Assembly: GCF_001194135.2 (NCBI RefSeq)
Contig: NC_068989.1
Location: forward strand, 95,868,728-95,928,065
Length of the DNA: 59,338 bases
Direction of reading: 5' to 3'
Source of the DNA: Octopus bimaculoides
Taxonomy: Eukaryota
Positions 24,443 through 37,098 of the stretch are shown here, in pieces. The translations under genes and the position numbers were made by a program. Each line of letters begins with the position of its first letter. Position 1 is the stretch's first letter. The notes under the pieces are model-generated. The model was not told where the DNA came from. It saw only the letters and a program-made list of their open reading frames with translations, and searched no databases.

Positions 24443-24666
24443 GGCACATAAAAGACACCATTTTGAGCGTGGCCGTTTTCGTGCGGGTGACACGTAAAAG
24501 CACCCACTACACTCTCTGAGTGGTTGGCGTTAGGAAGGGCATCCAGCTGTAGAAACTCTGCCAAATCAGACTGGAACCTGGTGTTGCCATCCGGTTTCAC
24601 CAGTCCTCAGTCAAATCGTCCAACCCAAGCTAGCATGGAAAGCGGACGTTAAACGATGATGATGAT
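24443..24666 (+). mobile_element. Young RTE 3' tail copy
   Basis: About 4 differences in ~210 bp from the copy at 45891-46102; CpGs intact; (GAT)n end; abuts a gap. Confidence 0.92.
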
Positions 24667-25550
24667 ATAATGAAATTTGCTTTCATTGGATTGCATACGT
24701 TATTCCTAGATATTTCACACAAAAACTTATGTTTCCTGCTTCTGTTATATGTTCCTATAGTTTATTCTTTGGTGTTCATTTGGCAAATTGGCAGTCATTA
24801 GAATGGAAGAGACAACACTTTACAGTACTTGAGTGTGTAGTGGAGGGGCAGTAATCTAGCTAATTTATGTGACAAGGGTCTGCTTCTATCAGTATTAATA
24901 GCGTGATATTCTTCAGTAGGCTTAAATATGAGGACTGCCATACTGAGGCTTCAGCACAACTCTTCTCTCTTCTTGCACTTGCTTCAAGTTGGCTCCCACT
25001 GTCAGTTCCAATCACCACTTTATACTCTTCCTCTATTGGAGAGCTGCATTGATAGTTGAGCAACTAACAGTGGAGTTGTTTCCCCTGCTTTCCTGCTCTT
25101 GTCGGCAGAACACACATCTGCAGCCACCAACAGATCATTCTCTAGTCGGAAGATGTCCTTTATCATTATGTTAGAAGACATTATTGTGCATAATATTTAT
25201 ATTACAGACCCTAATGCAAGTTCACAGGGAGCTCATAATGGAGCATTGTCTTTTTTCATCTGGGACACTATTGCTGCGCATCCACACATGCACGCACACA
25301 CGCACACACACACACACACAATTCATTGTAGACCTCAACCAGACAATGGTCAATTACAGATATTCTTAAGTGTCTTATCCACAGGTGTATCATTTCCTCT
25401 CTCATTTCTGTTATGGCCTCTATTTTACCTAACTAGTTGGATCCATGCTACCCATGTTCCCTGCCCTCTCATACCCCACACTCTCTTCCCATAACACTTG
25501 TTGGCTTTGAGTCCACCCTGTCTCATGTTAATCATTGCACTCAGTCTTAC

Positions 25551-25619
25551 CTTCCCAGAATCTTCGGAATCATCTGCAGGTGTTGACTTGCAATGGTTCA
25601 AGAAAGACATTAATGGAAT
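25551..25619 (-). CDS. Candidate orphan exon (69 nt, phase 0-0): IPLMSFLNHCKSTPADDSEDSGK
   Basis: Acceptor ttcttctaatataattcacacag and strong donor GAAG|gtaaga; one open frame. No homology recognised; could be chance. Confidence 0.2.
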
Positions 25620-25684
25620 CTGTGTGAATTATATTAGAAGAATGACAAAGGCCTTCTACCAGACAAGTAAAACAAGTATAGGGT

Positions 25685-25901
25685 TTAACCCATTAACATT
25701 TAAATTGGTCATATCCAGCCCTAACATCTTACTTTATGTTCAAACTAGCCATATCTGACCTCTCACCCATACCCTACAATGTCATTCTAAAAATAATCAC
25801 ATCATCAGAATTTCACAGCTATGAGATAATTGGTTAATTCAAAACAATGTGAATAAATAAGCATTACATTTGACTGAGTAATGTGAATGTTGAAGGGTTA
25901 A
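25685..25901 (-). mobile_element. piggyBac-like MITE, family 1
   Basis: TTAA-CCCATTAACATTTAAA ... GAATGTTGAAGGG-TTAA; reverse complement of the family 1 interior. Confidence 0.78.
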
Positions 25902-27340
25902 CTTGTTGTCCTGCTATACTAAGTAACTGCCCAACTACTTTGTAGAGATAAGAATTCGAAAGAATAAAAGAAACCTCAGAAAAAAATAGGTTTGTCATTT
26001 GTCTGTTTTGAGAAGTTGAGTGGCATTGTGTTGTGTAATTGGTAAATTGCTCATTTGGCTAGCAATAAGACACAAGGTGTTGATCCCCTAAGCGGGACTG
26101 TATTTTCATCTGTCATGAATTGGTGCTTTTAATTTCCTAGTTTAGTTTACATTGAAGTTCTTAATTAATTCGCAATTGGATTCATTGTGTTATTTCACAT
26201 ATGTAAACATCTGACACATCTGATCTAGGTTAAGTGCTTTGTTTTGTTGGCCATTGATGTATATATCATCATCACCACCAGCGCTGGTTTTCTGTGTTAG
26301 CATGTTTTGGACTGGCTGTCACAGGCTAGGTCATTTCTTATGCAGAATTGATTTTCCACCTAGGTGGATCAAAGGATCACATGTGACTTGAGCACTGAGT
26401 TGAGTGTGGCTTCTATAGTTGGATGCCCTTCCTATTAATGACCAATTTACAATATCCTGTTTGCATTCCCTCATGGCACCAGCATTAAAAAGGTTTTCGT
26501 TTGCAAAACAACCCTGAAGGTCCTCTCTACCCTACATCATCTCCCACTTGTTCACCAATTTCTTTACTGGGAATATTTTATTGTGGCACTTAGTACTGGA
26601 GCAGATGCTGTGTGCCCTTGAAAATAAAAGAGATTTGGTGTTTTAAACTGTTGCTACCTTGTTGACAGAAAGAGATAGGGAGGAAAAGGAGAAAGGAGAC
26701 AAGTTAATAATGCAGAATAAATAGATTTAGGTATCTTATTTCAGAGTAAAAGATTGTTGAAGATGCCCTTGTGAGTCCAGCTTCCAAGGGAAGGGTCCAG
26801 TTGTTATATACTTGTGGCCCAGAAAGGATTAGCTATTCTTGATATTAATAAATCAATGATTGTGCGACAGATACACAGACACATGGTAGGTTCAAGCTTT
26901 GGTTTTGATTTAATGCCAATTGCCTTTACTCGTTTTCAAATGTTTCATTATGTACAGTCACTGACATCTAAAATTTCCATATTACTTAATTATTGTGCCA
27001 TTTCTCTATTCATACTTAATTATCTTTTGTAAATATATTTTTTAATTATTGTGTAGCAATAAAAAACCTTTATGTTCATGCCTATCTCCCACACACTAAT
27101 GATTTATGGTGTAAGACGCAAGTTCTTCAAATTACAGTGTAGAATTACTAAAACTAGTAATGGTTCTTGTTAATTAGCAGAGCAGGAACTCAGCAAAATA
27201 ACATTTACTATCAAATGTTTGGAGCAGGAGAAACTGTGAGCAAACGTTCTCTTTACTGTAAATGTCTGTGGTAGTTTGTTTGTTGTGAAGCAGTTGATTT
27301 ATTAATAATGTTCCAAAACGGAATCTGTAAAATTGATGTT

Positions 27341-27710
27341 GGTGTGGCTGCGTGCTAAAAAGTTTACTTCTCAACTACAAGGCATGAGGTTCAATCCCAC
27401 TGTGTGGTACCTTAGGCAAGTGTCTTCTACTCTAGCTCCAGGCCAACCAAAGTCTTGTGAGTGAAGTTGGTTCATGAAAACCAAGAGAAGTTTATAGCAT
27501 GTGTGTGTGTGTGTTTGTCTTTGCCTTGACATCACATAATATTGGCGTTTTTTGCTTCCAGTCTTCCATGTAAGCATATCTGGTCGTGGAAAAATATGAT
27601 TTTGCTTAGAAACAGATAAGGGTTGGCAACAGGAAAGGGATCCAGCAACAGAAAATCTGCCTGACCCATGCAAGAATGGAAAAATGAATGTCAAAATGCT
27701 GCTGATGATC
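27341..27710 (+). mobile_element. Family A SINE with RTE-type tail
   Basis: ggtgtggctgcgtgctaaaaag..ggttcaatcccactgtgtggtaccttaggcaagtgtcttct ... ggttggcaacaggaaagggatccagc..acccatgcaagaatggaaa. Confidence 0.8.
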
Positions 27711-28408
27711 TCTGTTTATGTTATGGTCCTTTTTCTCTTTCTACACTTTCCTTCTATTTGCACCATGTTGATCTTTTCCTATGAATGATCTTTCATTCCT
27801 CAATTCTTTGTTCGCATGCTTTGCCCATACCATTGTGCTCTTCCTTCTAGTATGTTACAGCTAATACTTGTACTCTACTCTGGTTGAAATTACACATTAG
27901 CAGAGCCTACTAACCCTATTGCTTTCCAGACTTTGCATATCCCTCACGTTCATCACTGATGCCATGACCCTGCTCTCTCTATTTTCTCCATTTCCCTTGA
28001 ACCATTACAAAACATGTGAATTATATATTTTATCAAGTCAGAACTATAGACAAGATTTTTATTAGTTCCAATGTAAAAAAAAAAAAAGAAGCTTGGTTCA
28101 GTCAATCCTGTAGTCAGTGTGTCTTGTTCTCAGCTTGATATATGTTAAGATTCTATCTTTTACCTGCTTGATAATAAATATTTATCTTCCTTGCTGTTTA
28201 CAAAAAGAGCAGAAAGCAAAATAGAAAGTTTGTTATTGACACACATTCATTGTTGGAATTTGATTGCTTGAGATGATAGGATGATCACCTAGGCATAACT
28301 AAAAGGAGGACTTTTCAACCACTGCCACCACTGTAACGTCAACATTTCCAACAGTAATTCATAGATTATGTTTAACCAGGGAATAACTGTTCTTGTTTCA
28401 CTACATAC

Positions 28409-28486
28409 CATGGCAGCAGCCATATTCTCTGGTCCAATACAAATTATGGCAACCAATCCGTGTAGAATGAGTCACAGGAGTGTAAA
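28409..28486 (-). CDS. Candidate internal coding exon (78 nt, phase 1-1): xYTPVTHSTRIGCHNLYWTREYGCCHx
   Basis: Acceptor catcacacttttacag and donor CATG|gtatgt; only one of three frames is open; length is a multiple of 3; non-repetitive, Cys/Trp-containing peptide. Protein not recognised. Confidence 0.35.
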
Positions 28487-29281
28487 CTGTAAAAGTGTGA
28501 TGTATGTGGGTGATTGGAAGATGACGAATGTTGTAGATTGTTTCATTAATTAAGAAGTCTTTTGGTCAATTACCATATTATTGTTGTAGTTTATCCCTGA
28601 GTCAACCATGATTGAGAAGGCCTATCTAATGATCAAAGTGTTTCAACTCTGAGCCATCCTGTCTTTTAGGAGTCTGTAGATTACATTATCTAATGTATTC
28701 TGCACTTTTAAAACGGTAGGTTGAAATTTGAGAGAGAGATTTGGCTGCTGTTTTTAGCAAGCTGTGTGACCATTGGCTGAAGATTCTGTACAGCATACAG
28801 GTGCCTCCTGCACAGATTTTCTTCTCTTTGAAGCAGTTTGAACATCTACTCTGGTGTTTTCGACTGAATTACTTTGTTACTAGTATGTAATTCTCTGCCT
28901 ATCCCTGTGTACTCTAGGAGTAGACAACCAACTGAAAAACTGGCGACTCTTATCCTGTCTTCAATATTGTTTGCTGCCTGCAGTCAAAGCAATTAAATCT
29001 TAAATGGCCTCAGTCCATTTAGCTGTAAAAGAAAAAAAGGGGGAGGAACAACTTGCTACTGAAAGCAGTTGCGACAGTGTGAAATGAATATATTTTGTTA
29101 TTTTGCAGCACTGACTTTCAAATGACCTTCAGGTATAGCCTGGAAAACAGTGGTTCCACCAAACTGACTTATCCTAAATTCATTGCAGGAAGACAATTCT
29201 CTGTGGTGTCTTCACAACATATAAGTTCACAAGGTTTACCATCTTAATTAAATGCTTCAAATTTTGACACAAAACAAACAA

Positions 29282-29418
29282 TTTTAAGGGCTCAACTTGT
29301 ACTTATTTTGGTTGACCCTGGAAGGAAGAAAGGCAAAGTCAACATCAGTGGAATTTGAACTCAGAATGTAAAGAGCCAGCATTTTGCTTGACCTACAATT
29401 CTGCCAGCTGTACCTCTT
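29282..29418 (-). mobile_element. Family C tRNA-derived SINE fragment
   Basis: Reverse complement of agctggcagaa..ctgagttcaaattccac..gactttgcctt, homologous to 45801-46517. Confidence 0.7.
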
Positions 29419-29439
29419 TAAATAATATGCCAACCCCCT

Positions 29440-29641
29440 CTGGCCCCTGTGCCAGTGGCACATAGAAAAAGCATCCACTACACTCTCAAAGTGGTTGGCG
29501 TTAGGAAGGGCATCCAGCTATAGAAACACTGCCAGATCAGACTGGAACATGGTGCAGCCTCCTGGCTTCCCAGACTCCCAGTCTAAACGTCCAACCCATG
29601 CCAGCATGGAAAATGGACGTTAAACGATGATGATGATGATG
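29440..29641 (+). mobile_element. RTE 3' tail copy
   Basis: agtggttggcgttaggaagggcatccagct...acccatgccagcatggaaaatggacgttaaac(GAT)n. Confidence 0.9.
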
Positions 29642-31924
29642 TCACATGTATTTGTTTATTAAAACACAGTAAATAGATTTCTATTAATTATAAATGTACT
29701 ACTGAAGAAAGTTTAGTAATTCTATAACTCAGGTTAATAATACTTTATGCAAATCTGAAATCCCCAAATCTCCATGATTTAGAGGCTTGGGAATTTGGTT
29801 GGTGTGTTGCTGTTGTACGCCTTGTATCTGGTCAGCAGATGTGAATAACCCTCCCTTCCTTGTGTTGGGCTTGCTCAGTCTCGTTAATACTCAAGAGTTA
29901 TTGTAATAGTACCTCCTTCATGGATGCATTACTTGTCACATGTTTTGTGCTGTACTTTGAGTTGAAACATTTTAAAGATCCACAAATAACTCTACCAGTT
30001 ATTTGCAGGTAGTACAAATAGAAAAAGAGGTAAAATATGCAATCATTTTAAAAGCAAACATATAAAATTGGATACACTGCTACTTTTAATCACCTTGGAT
30101 GAAAGATTATCAGCCTGTACTAAGGGTATTATGCGAATATCTGGGAGGCAGTATTCCCATGGCATACAAACGCAACCATATTCACTAACAAATATTCTGG
30201 ATAGTCTCCAGGAAAAAGTTATCACTAATGCTACAAACTTGTCTTTTACCATTATTAAGCATTCTTCCTCTCTGAACAGAAAGTCCATTCCCACCTTTGT
30301 TAAAGAAGTAGTTTTTAATTGGAGTAATTTGTATGTATTCCCTTCATTAAGACTGAATTAAAATTACACAGCAAAATTAAAATTATATAATTCTGGTACC
30401 ATGTTTCTTGCAATCATTATGGTTCTTTTTTTCTAAACTTTTTTTCATTGTTTACTGTATTTATGTGTATGTAACATGTACTTGCTTATGATGTACTCCA
30501 TTGTTTGAGAGCAAAGAAAGAGTAGAAATCTATAAACAGACATCCTTTTGTTTAGGATAATTATCTTTAAGGAAGGTGGCATAATTAAAAATGAAAGTAG
30601 CAGAATGAGCAATCTACAAAAATAACTTGACTTTCCTGAATTACTGACATAAATAAGTAAATTCTTCAAATTAGGAAGAATTGTGTGTCAATTCCATCCT
30701 TTCTTTTTCAAGAAGGTTTTTGAATTTCTTATCTGCAGCATTAGAGATTCTGTCTTGTCCATCTTGTAATATTATATATTGAGCTGTTGGGATGCTGTTG
30801 GACTTGTTTCCTATGATAGACATACATCTTCATTCATAAATTTCTCTTACAGAAATTTACAAAGTAATAATATTTTTTTAAAATTTTATTTTTAATAAGG
30901 AACGTGTATGAGCAATGCCACCTTAATAAGTTTACTAAATTTTTTGTAACGATGAAATTCAGAAATAAAAACAATCAATAATAATAACTTATTTTCTAAT
31001 TTAGGCACAAGGCCAGCAATTTTAAGGACTTGGGGTTTGGTAAATTCCATTGATTCTAGTACTTAACTGATGTTTTATCATTTCTGGAAGTATGAGAGCC
31101 AAAGTTGGTGTCAGAAGGGTTAAATAACAATTAACCCGATCAGTTCGATTTAATTGCCAGCTGCCAAAAGAACCCTCATTGGAGCATAATTTCATATCAA
31201 GACAAAATACCAATTGGAGTTCATATATATTCATTTCTTTCCAAATTGGTCTGAAGCCGAATAAAAAGCATGCTACTGGAGGAATGAAAGAGAAGAAAGT
31301 TATTCTAAAAATTTTAAAAAAAAAAAAAAATCTTTTAAATGTGATGACATTCTGTTTCAATTCAACTGCTCAGGTTATCTAAGACAGGGTTTGATGTTGA
31401 GATATCAAGATGAGAGATACGTCGACCTTCTTTTCTAGAATGGAGCATTTCTTAATGATGGCTAAACTAATCTAATCAACCAAAAGAACATTTTAAATAC
31501 TCCGATGGGAAGTTTATCATCATCTAAATATAGGAATATTTACAAAAGCAATTTTCTTTGTGCAAGTGAGGAATATTGAAGCAGGAACAAGCAACTGCAA
31601 AAAAAATAAATTAATAAATAATAAAATAATAATAATAATAGTAAATAAATAAAAATGACCTCTTTTGTTGGTAAATAGTATTAAGTGAAGGAAATAAATT
31701 GGCATAAAGAAAATCTGATACTGACATAGTTTAACTGAAGGCAAGGTAAATAAGCAGAGGTCAAAACTACTCCAGCCTGTTTAATCAATATCAATGTATA
31801 AAAAAAACAGGATAACATTAAAGCTTCTATACTAATAATTTTATGCATGCATGCATGTGTGTATACACGCATACATATAGAGATAGACAGGTACATAGCA
31901 TATATATGTGATATATGCTATGTG

Positions 31925-31961
<37 letters not shown>

Positions 31962-31992
31962 GCAGAGTTTCTTATATGGTTAAAGAGAATAA

Positions 31993-32032
<40 letters not shown>

Positions 32033-32243
32033 TGGAGTGACTATAAAAACCATAATAAAGATGATGACAAATCTCATGTTATCACATTTAAAGCTTGCTG
32101 GATATAGATAAAACCATTATATAATATAAAAACATTGCTATATTTTCCAAGTTTGATACATATACACATGCATATATACACATGTTCATAAATAGATAAA
32201 GTAAAATGCATACTTATGGAAGTGCCCACATATGCAAGCACAT

Positions 32244-32286
<43 letters not shown>

Positions 32287-32470
32287 AGGCTGAGAGAGGA
32301 AGAGAGAGACAAAAGCATATTCACTCACTGACTCATGCAGGCATACATAAATTCCGTTTGGTACAGGCACAAATATGCTTGTGCATAAGCATACACATAC
32401 TCACACAGTCATGTGTGTGTATGTACACGGATATGAGTGCATATTCACAAACTTCTGCTTGCACACGCAC

Positions 32471-32507
<37 letters not shown>

Positions 32508-33284
32508 TCTCCCTCACTGACTGACTACTAGTACAGTCTGGGGTTTTTTCTACCTGCATTCAATTATCTTTTTGTTTTGTTTTTCTTTTTTCTTCTCACT
32601 CTTTTTCCACCAATAAAATAGTTTAACCAAGTTATTAAATAGCTATTAGAAAAAAAAAAATCTGATCTACTTTAGCAGGAGATCAAATAGCATTCTGTTG
32701 GAGAAGAAAGAAAGAAAAAAACATAACGAGAACTATAGGAAATGATTGAATGCAAATGGTGTGGAGAGAGAGAGAGAGGAGGGGGTGGTACACACACACA
32801 GAGGCAAAAAATAAATAAATAACTGTTCTCATCAATTGTAATCATAAGGGATTCCATTGGTAGATAATTGTTGATAATGTCGACAGTATTAACAGCAAGT
32901 TCTATTGTTGGCATGACTCTTTCCATTCTCTCATCAACATAATATTTATGCATTTTCTTTTTTTTTTTTTTTGCATTGTATCTTTTTGTTTAATTTTTCT
33001 ATTTTCAAATTCTTTCAGTAAATAAAGAAATAACTGAATCCCATGAATGGAAACAGAAGGCAATGTTGTTGATGTTTCATTTAGATTGTTCTTTACCTAA
33101 CGTGTGGGGGGATGGACTTTTAGAGTGGGGGGATGGACTTTTAGAGTGGGATCTGAGTTTTACTGAAAATCAAATGTATGCTTTAGTTCCAATTTCTGTG
33201 TGCTGTGGCTCTTGTTCTGCTTCTGTCCTGCCATTAACATCTTTGAGAAATGCATAAACAACACAGACATATACACACACGGCA

Positions 33285-33436
33285 GTAACTTCCGCCTACC
33301 AAATTCAATCACAAGGCTTTGGTCGGCCCGGGGCTATAGCAGAAGACACTTGCCCAAGGTGCCACGCAGTGGGACTGAACCCGAAACCATGTAGCTGGGA
33401 AGCAAGCTTCCTAACCACACAGCCATCTCCGTGCCT
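33285..33436 (-). mobile_element. Family A SINE head and core, well preserved
   Basis: cacaaggctttggtcggcccggggctatagcagaagacacttgcccaaggtgccacgcagtgggactgaacccgaaacc..aagcaagcttcctaaccacacagcc. Confidence 0.85.
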
Positions 33437-33454
33437 ACTCATGCCCGCATGTAC

Positions 33455-33727
33455 ATATATATACGACTGGCACCCATGCTAATGTCGTCTCCTTCATTGC
33501 ACACGAAACTCGGCTTGCGAAGACCTGTTGCGGCAAGTGAGATCGTTGCCAGTGCCGCTGGACTGGCTCCTGTGCAGGTGGCACATAAAATACACCATTT
33601 TGAGCATGGCCATTGCCAGTACTGCCTGCCTGGCCTTCATGCCGGTGGCATGTAAAAGCACCCACTACACTCTCGGAGTGGTTGGCATTAGGAAGGGCAT
33701 CCAGCTGTAGAAACATTGCCAGATCAG
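33455..33727 (+). mobile_element. RTE 3' UTR fragment running into a gap
   Basis: ggcacataaaatacaccattttgagc..taaaagcacccactacactctcggagtggttggcattaggaagggcatccagctgtagaaac. Confidence 0.85.
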
Positions 33728-35078
33728 NNNNNNNNNNNNNNNNNNNNNNNNNNNNNNNNNNNNNNNNNNNNNNNNNNNNNNNNNNNNNNNNNNNNNNNNN
33801 NNNNNNNNNNNNNNNNNNNNNNNNNNNNNNNNNNNNNNNNNNNNNNNNNNNNNNNNNNNNNNNNNNNNNNNNNNNNNNNNNNNNNNNNNNNNNNNNNNNN
33901 NNNNNNNNNNNNNNNNNNNNNNNNNNNNNNNNNNNNNNNNNNNNNNNNNNNNNNNNNNNNNNNNNNNNNNNNNNNNNNNNNNNNNNNNNNNNNNNNNNNN
34001 NNNNNNNNNNNNNNNNNNNNNNNNNNNNNNNNNNNNNNNNNNNNNNNNNNNNNNNNNNNNNNNNNNNNNNNNNNNNNNNNNNNNNNNNNNNNNNNNNNNN
34101 NNNNNNNNNNNNNNNNNNNNNNNNNNNNNNNNNNNNNNNNNNNNNNNNNNNNNNNNNNNNNNNNNNNNNNNNNNNNNNNNNNNNNNNNNNNNNNNNNNNN
34201 NNNNNNNNNNNNNNNNNNNNNNNNNNNNNNNNNNNNNNNNNNNNNNNNNNNNNNNNNNNNNNNNNNNNNNNNNNNNNNNNNNNNNNNNNNNNNNNNNNNN
34301 NNNNNNNNNNNNNNNNNNNNNNNNNNNNNNNNNNNNNNNNNNNNNNNNNNNNNNNNNNNNNNNNNNNNNNNNNNNNNNNNNNNNNNNNNNNNNNNNNNNN
34401 NNNNNNNNNNNNNNNNNNNNNNNNNNNNNNNNNNNNNNNNNNNNNNNNNNNNNNNNNNNNNNNNNNNNNNNNNNNNNNNNNNNNNNNNNNNNNNNNNNNN
34501 NNNNNNNNNNNNNNNNNNNNNNNNNNNNNNNNNNNNNNNNNNNNNNNNNNNNNNNNNNNNNNNNNNNNNNNNNNNNNNNNNNCAAACTGTAGAGTTATAT
34601 TATTAGAAAATTAAATTGACTGCAGTCATTCTTTTCCTTTTTCAAACTTACATATATATATATATATATACATACCACACACACACACACACACATTATC
34701 TATCTTAATATATAGTGGTTGTCTACTCCTTATGTACTTACACCTTAGATCCACCATGGCATCTGATGTGGGTTTTTTTAAACTAGACACTCTTCTGAAA
34801 AGACACCTACATGAACTGCATATCTACTTTGGACCACCAAGAGCTACAGTTAGGTTCTGATCTTTGTGTATCTTAATATGTCTTTTGAGGCATCCATTAG
34901 ATTCATAGACCTTGACAGGTCAGCACAGAAAGATAGGCAGAATAGTTGGTGGAGATTTGTTTTCCATGGGTCTGCAAATGAGACTTGAGCCCAGCAAGTT
35001 ACCTGTGTATGTACATATACACACATACATAAAATACCAACTCACATTTATGTAGGCATGTTCTTTCTTCTAAAATAG

Positions 35079-35133
35079 CAATCATGTTCTTCGCGTAGAA
35101 GGGTATATATTAGATAAAGCGCTTCCAATATAC
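35079..35133 (+). CDS. Candidate orphan exon (55 nt): NHVLRVEGYILDKALPIY
   Basis: Branch-like ctcac at 35041, ttctttcttctaaaatag acceptor, TAC|gtaaga donor, open frame, local CpG excess. No homology recognised. Confidence 0.22.
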
Positions 35134-35530
35134 GTAAGACATGGATCCAATAGCAAAAATGGAAAAAATAAATAAACTATGAAATTCTATGTCATTTCCC
35201 ATAATGGCTGCATTGGTATAATTTCTCGTTTCAAACTGTGATGTTGGAAGAATGATGAGAAATGATAAAACATCATGTAGGAATGGTAAATAAAAGAGTG
35301 ACTTTGTCTAATATTTAAAGATAGGAAATAGCAGAAATGATATACTTCTAATTCCCAAATATCTCATTTGTTGGACCATCCCCAACATCACAAGTAATCT
35401 TCCTTGCATCATGGGCTGTTTCTATGCCATTCTGAGGTGTGTGTGTGTGCGTGCAAGGTTAATGGCTATTAAACTAGATTCAAGAATTTCTGAATGTTTC
35501 TTCAACACGAGACGGTTGGTTCAGAAGAGA

Positions 35531-35878
35531 AGCTTTAGTCATCACACTGTGGCCATGCTGGAGCACTGCCTTAAAGAAGTTTTGGCAAATGAATCAACTC
35601 TCATACTTAGCAGCTCAGTGAAAGGGACCAAAAGAATAAACTATAGGGATGTAAACACACCAACACCAGTTGTCAAGCAGTGGTTTTGGGGCACACACAC
35701 ACACACACACACACACATGTATGACATGCTTCTTTTCGTTTCCCTCTACCAAATCTACTCATAATGCTTTGGTTGACCTAGGGCTATAGTAGAAGACACT
35801 TGTCCAAGGTGCCATGCGGTGGAACTGAACCCAGAACCATATGGTTGGGAAACAAACTGCTTACCACATGGCCATGTT
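35531..35878 (-). mobile_element. Family A SINE with the alternative (non-RTE) tail
   Basis: tagtcatcacactgtggccatgctggagcactgcc..gatgtaaacacaccaacaccagttgtcaagc..(CA)n..agaagacacttgtccaaggtgcc. Confidence 0.8.
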
Positions 35879-36058
35879 TGCATCCATCATTTTCCACATG
35901 TTTTAATCCTTTGCTTGTAGCAGTGATATTTCGGTCCTGCCATGTCCCTGTGTTCAAGATGTTTTCTTTCCAGCCACGTTCTTTTTTGGGTTGGTAACTC
36001 AAGGCATGGCAACTTGAGAAAATGTCTTCTGGCCACCGAAAACTTTGTGAGTAGATTT

Positions 36059-36375
36059 TCATCATCATCATCATCGTTTAATGTCCGTTTTCCATGCTGG
36101 CATGGGTTGGATGGTTTGACTGAGGTCTAGAGAGCCAGTGGCTGCACCAGGCTCCAATCTGATCTGGCAATGTTTCTACAGCTGGATGCCCTTCCTAATG
36201 CCAACCACTCCGAGAGTGTAGTGGGTGCTTTTTACATGCCACCAGCACAGGAGCTAGTCAGGCGGTCCTGGCATTGAACATGTTCGGATAGTGCTCTTTA
36301 CATGCCACCGGCATGGGAGCCAGTCAGGGGGTACTGGCATCAGCCACGTTCAAATGGTGCTTTTTCCGTGCCACA
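36059..36375 (-). mobile_element. RTE 3' tail and UTR with three 66-bp units, inserted into a family A SINE (36000-36058 and 36376-36630)
   Basis: (CAT)n directly follows the SINE core ttgtgagtagatttt; the SINE resumes actgaaagaagcccg(TG)n after the insert. Confidence 0.8.
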
Positions 36376-36714
36376 GTTGTCAAAACACTGAAAGAAGCCC
36401 GTTGTGTGTGTGTGTGTGCGTGTGTCTCTTTGTCTTGATTTTTTGTGATAGTTGTAAATGAGAATCATTATCATGTAAATTGTTAACTGTTTCTAGTTTT
36501 TTGTGTAAACATGTCCAGCCAAGGGAAAATATTACCTTGGAAACAGGTGAGGGTTAGCAACAGGAAAGCCTGCCAACTATCAAAAATCTGCCATGATGAA
36601 TCCCATCTCAGTATTGCAATGATGGATAAATAAAAAAAAAGATATTATTCTATTATAAATCTACTCGTGAGAGGGTTTAAAGATTGTAATTTATTTAAAG
36701 GATTTGAATAATTT

Positions 36715-37098
36715 CAGGCATGGCTATGTGGTTAAGAAGTTCACTTTGTAATCACATGGCTTTGAGTTCAGTCCCTCTGCACAGCACCTTAGGCAAGTGT
36801 CTTCTACTACAGCTTTGAGCTGACCAATACCATGTGAATGAATTTGGAAGTGGTAATTGTGCAAGTCCATTGTGTGTGTTTGCATTTGTGTTCCCCGTGA
36901 ACTGCATCACCACTCGAAAACCATTGATGTTTTACTTATGTTCCAGTAACTTAGCTGTTCAGCAAACGAAACTGATAGAGTAAGTACCAAACATAAGAAT
37001 AAGTCCGGGGGGAGGGGGTTGATGCTTTTGACTACAAAAGCCTCTTCTGGGTGTTGCTCCAGTATGGCTACTGACCAATAACTGAAACCGATAGAATT
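36715..37098 (+). mobile_element. Family A SINE with the alternative tail
   Basis: caggcatggctatgtggttaagaag..gagttcagtccc..caccttaggcaagtgtcttct...gaaactgatagagtaagtacc..gctccagtatggc..actgaaac. Confidence 0.8.

Noticed and set aside
28990-29050. Very strong minus-strand acceptor (ccctttttttcttttacag)
   Set aside because: All three frames stop within 10 codons, and the site lies in a SINE-derived block (cagtcca.t.agctgtaaa).
30043-30361. Overlapping 97-aa (+) and 83-aa (-) ORFs in unique DNA
   Set aside because: No recognisable motif or good splice-site pair; the length is within chance expectation.
33104-33150. 21-bp tandem duplication with G-runs as a G-quadruplex
   Set aside because: Only three G-tracts of 3 or more with long loops; an ordinary local duplication.
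33613-34614. Longest ORFs in the track (296-333 aa), and similar ones at 1950, 10357, 24092, 41128, 45947 and 50574
   Set aside because: They consist of N-gap X residues, microsatellite translations and antisense repeat sequence.
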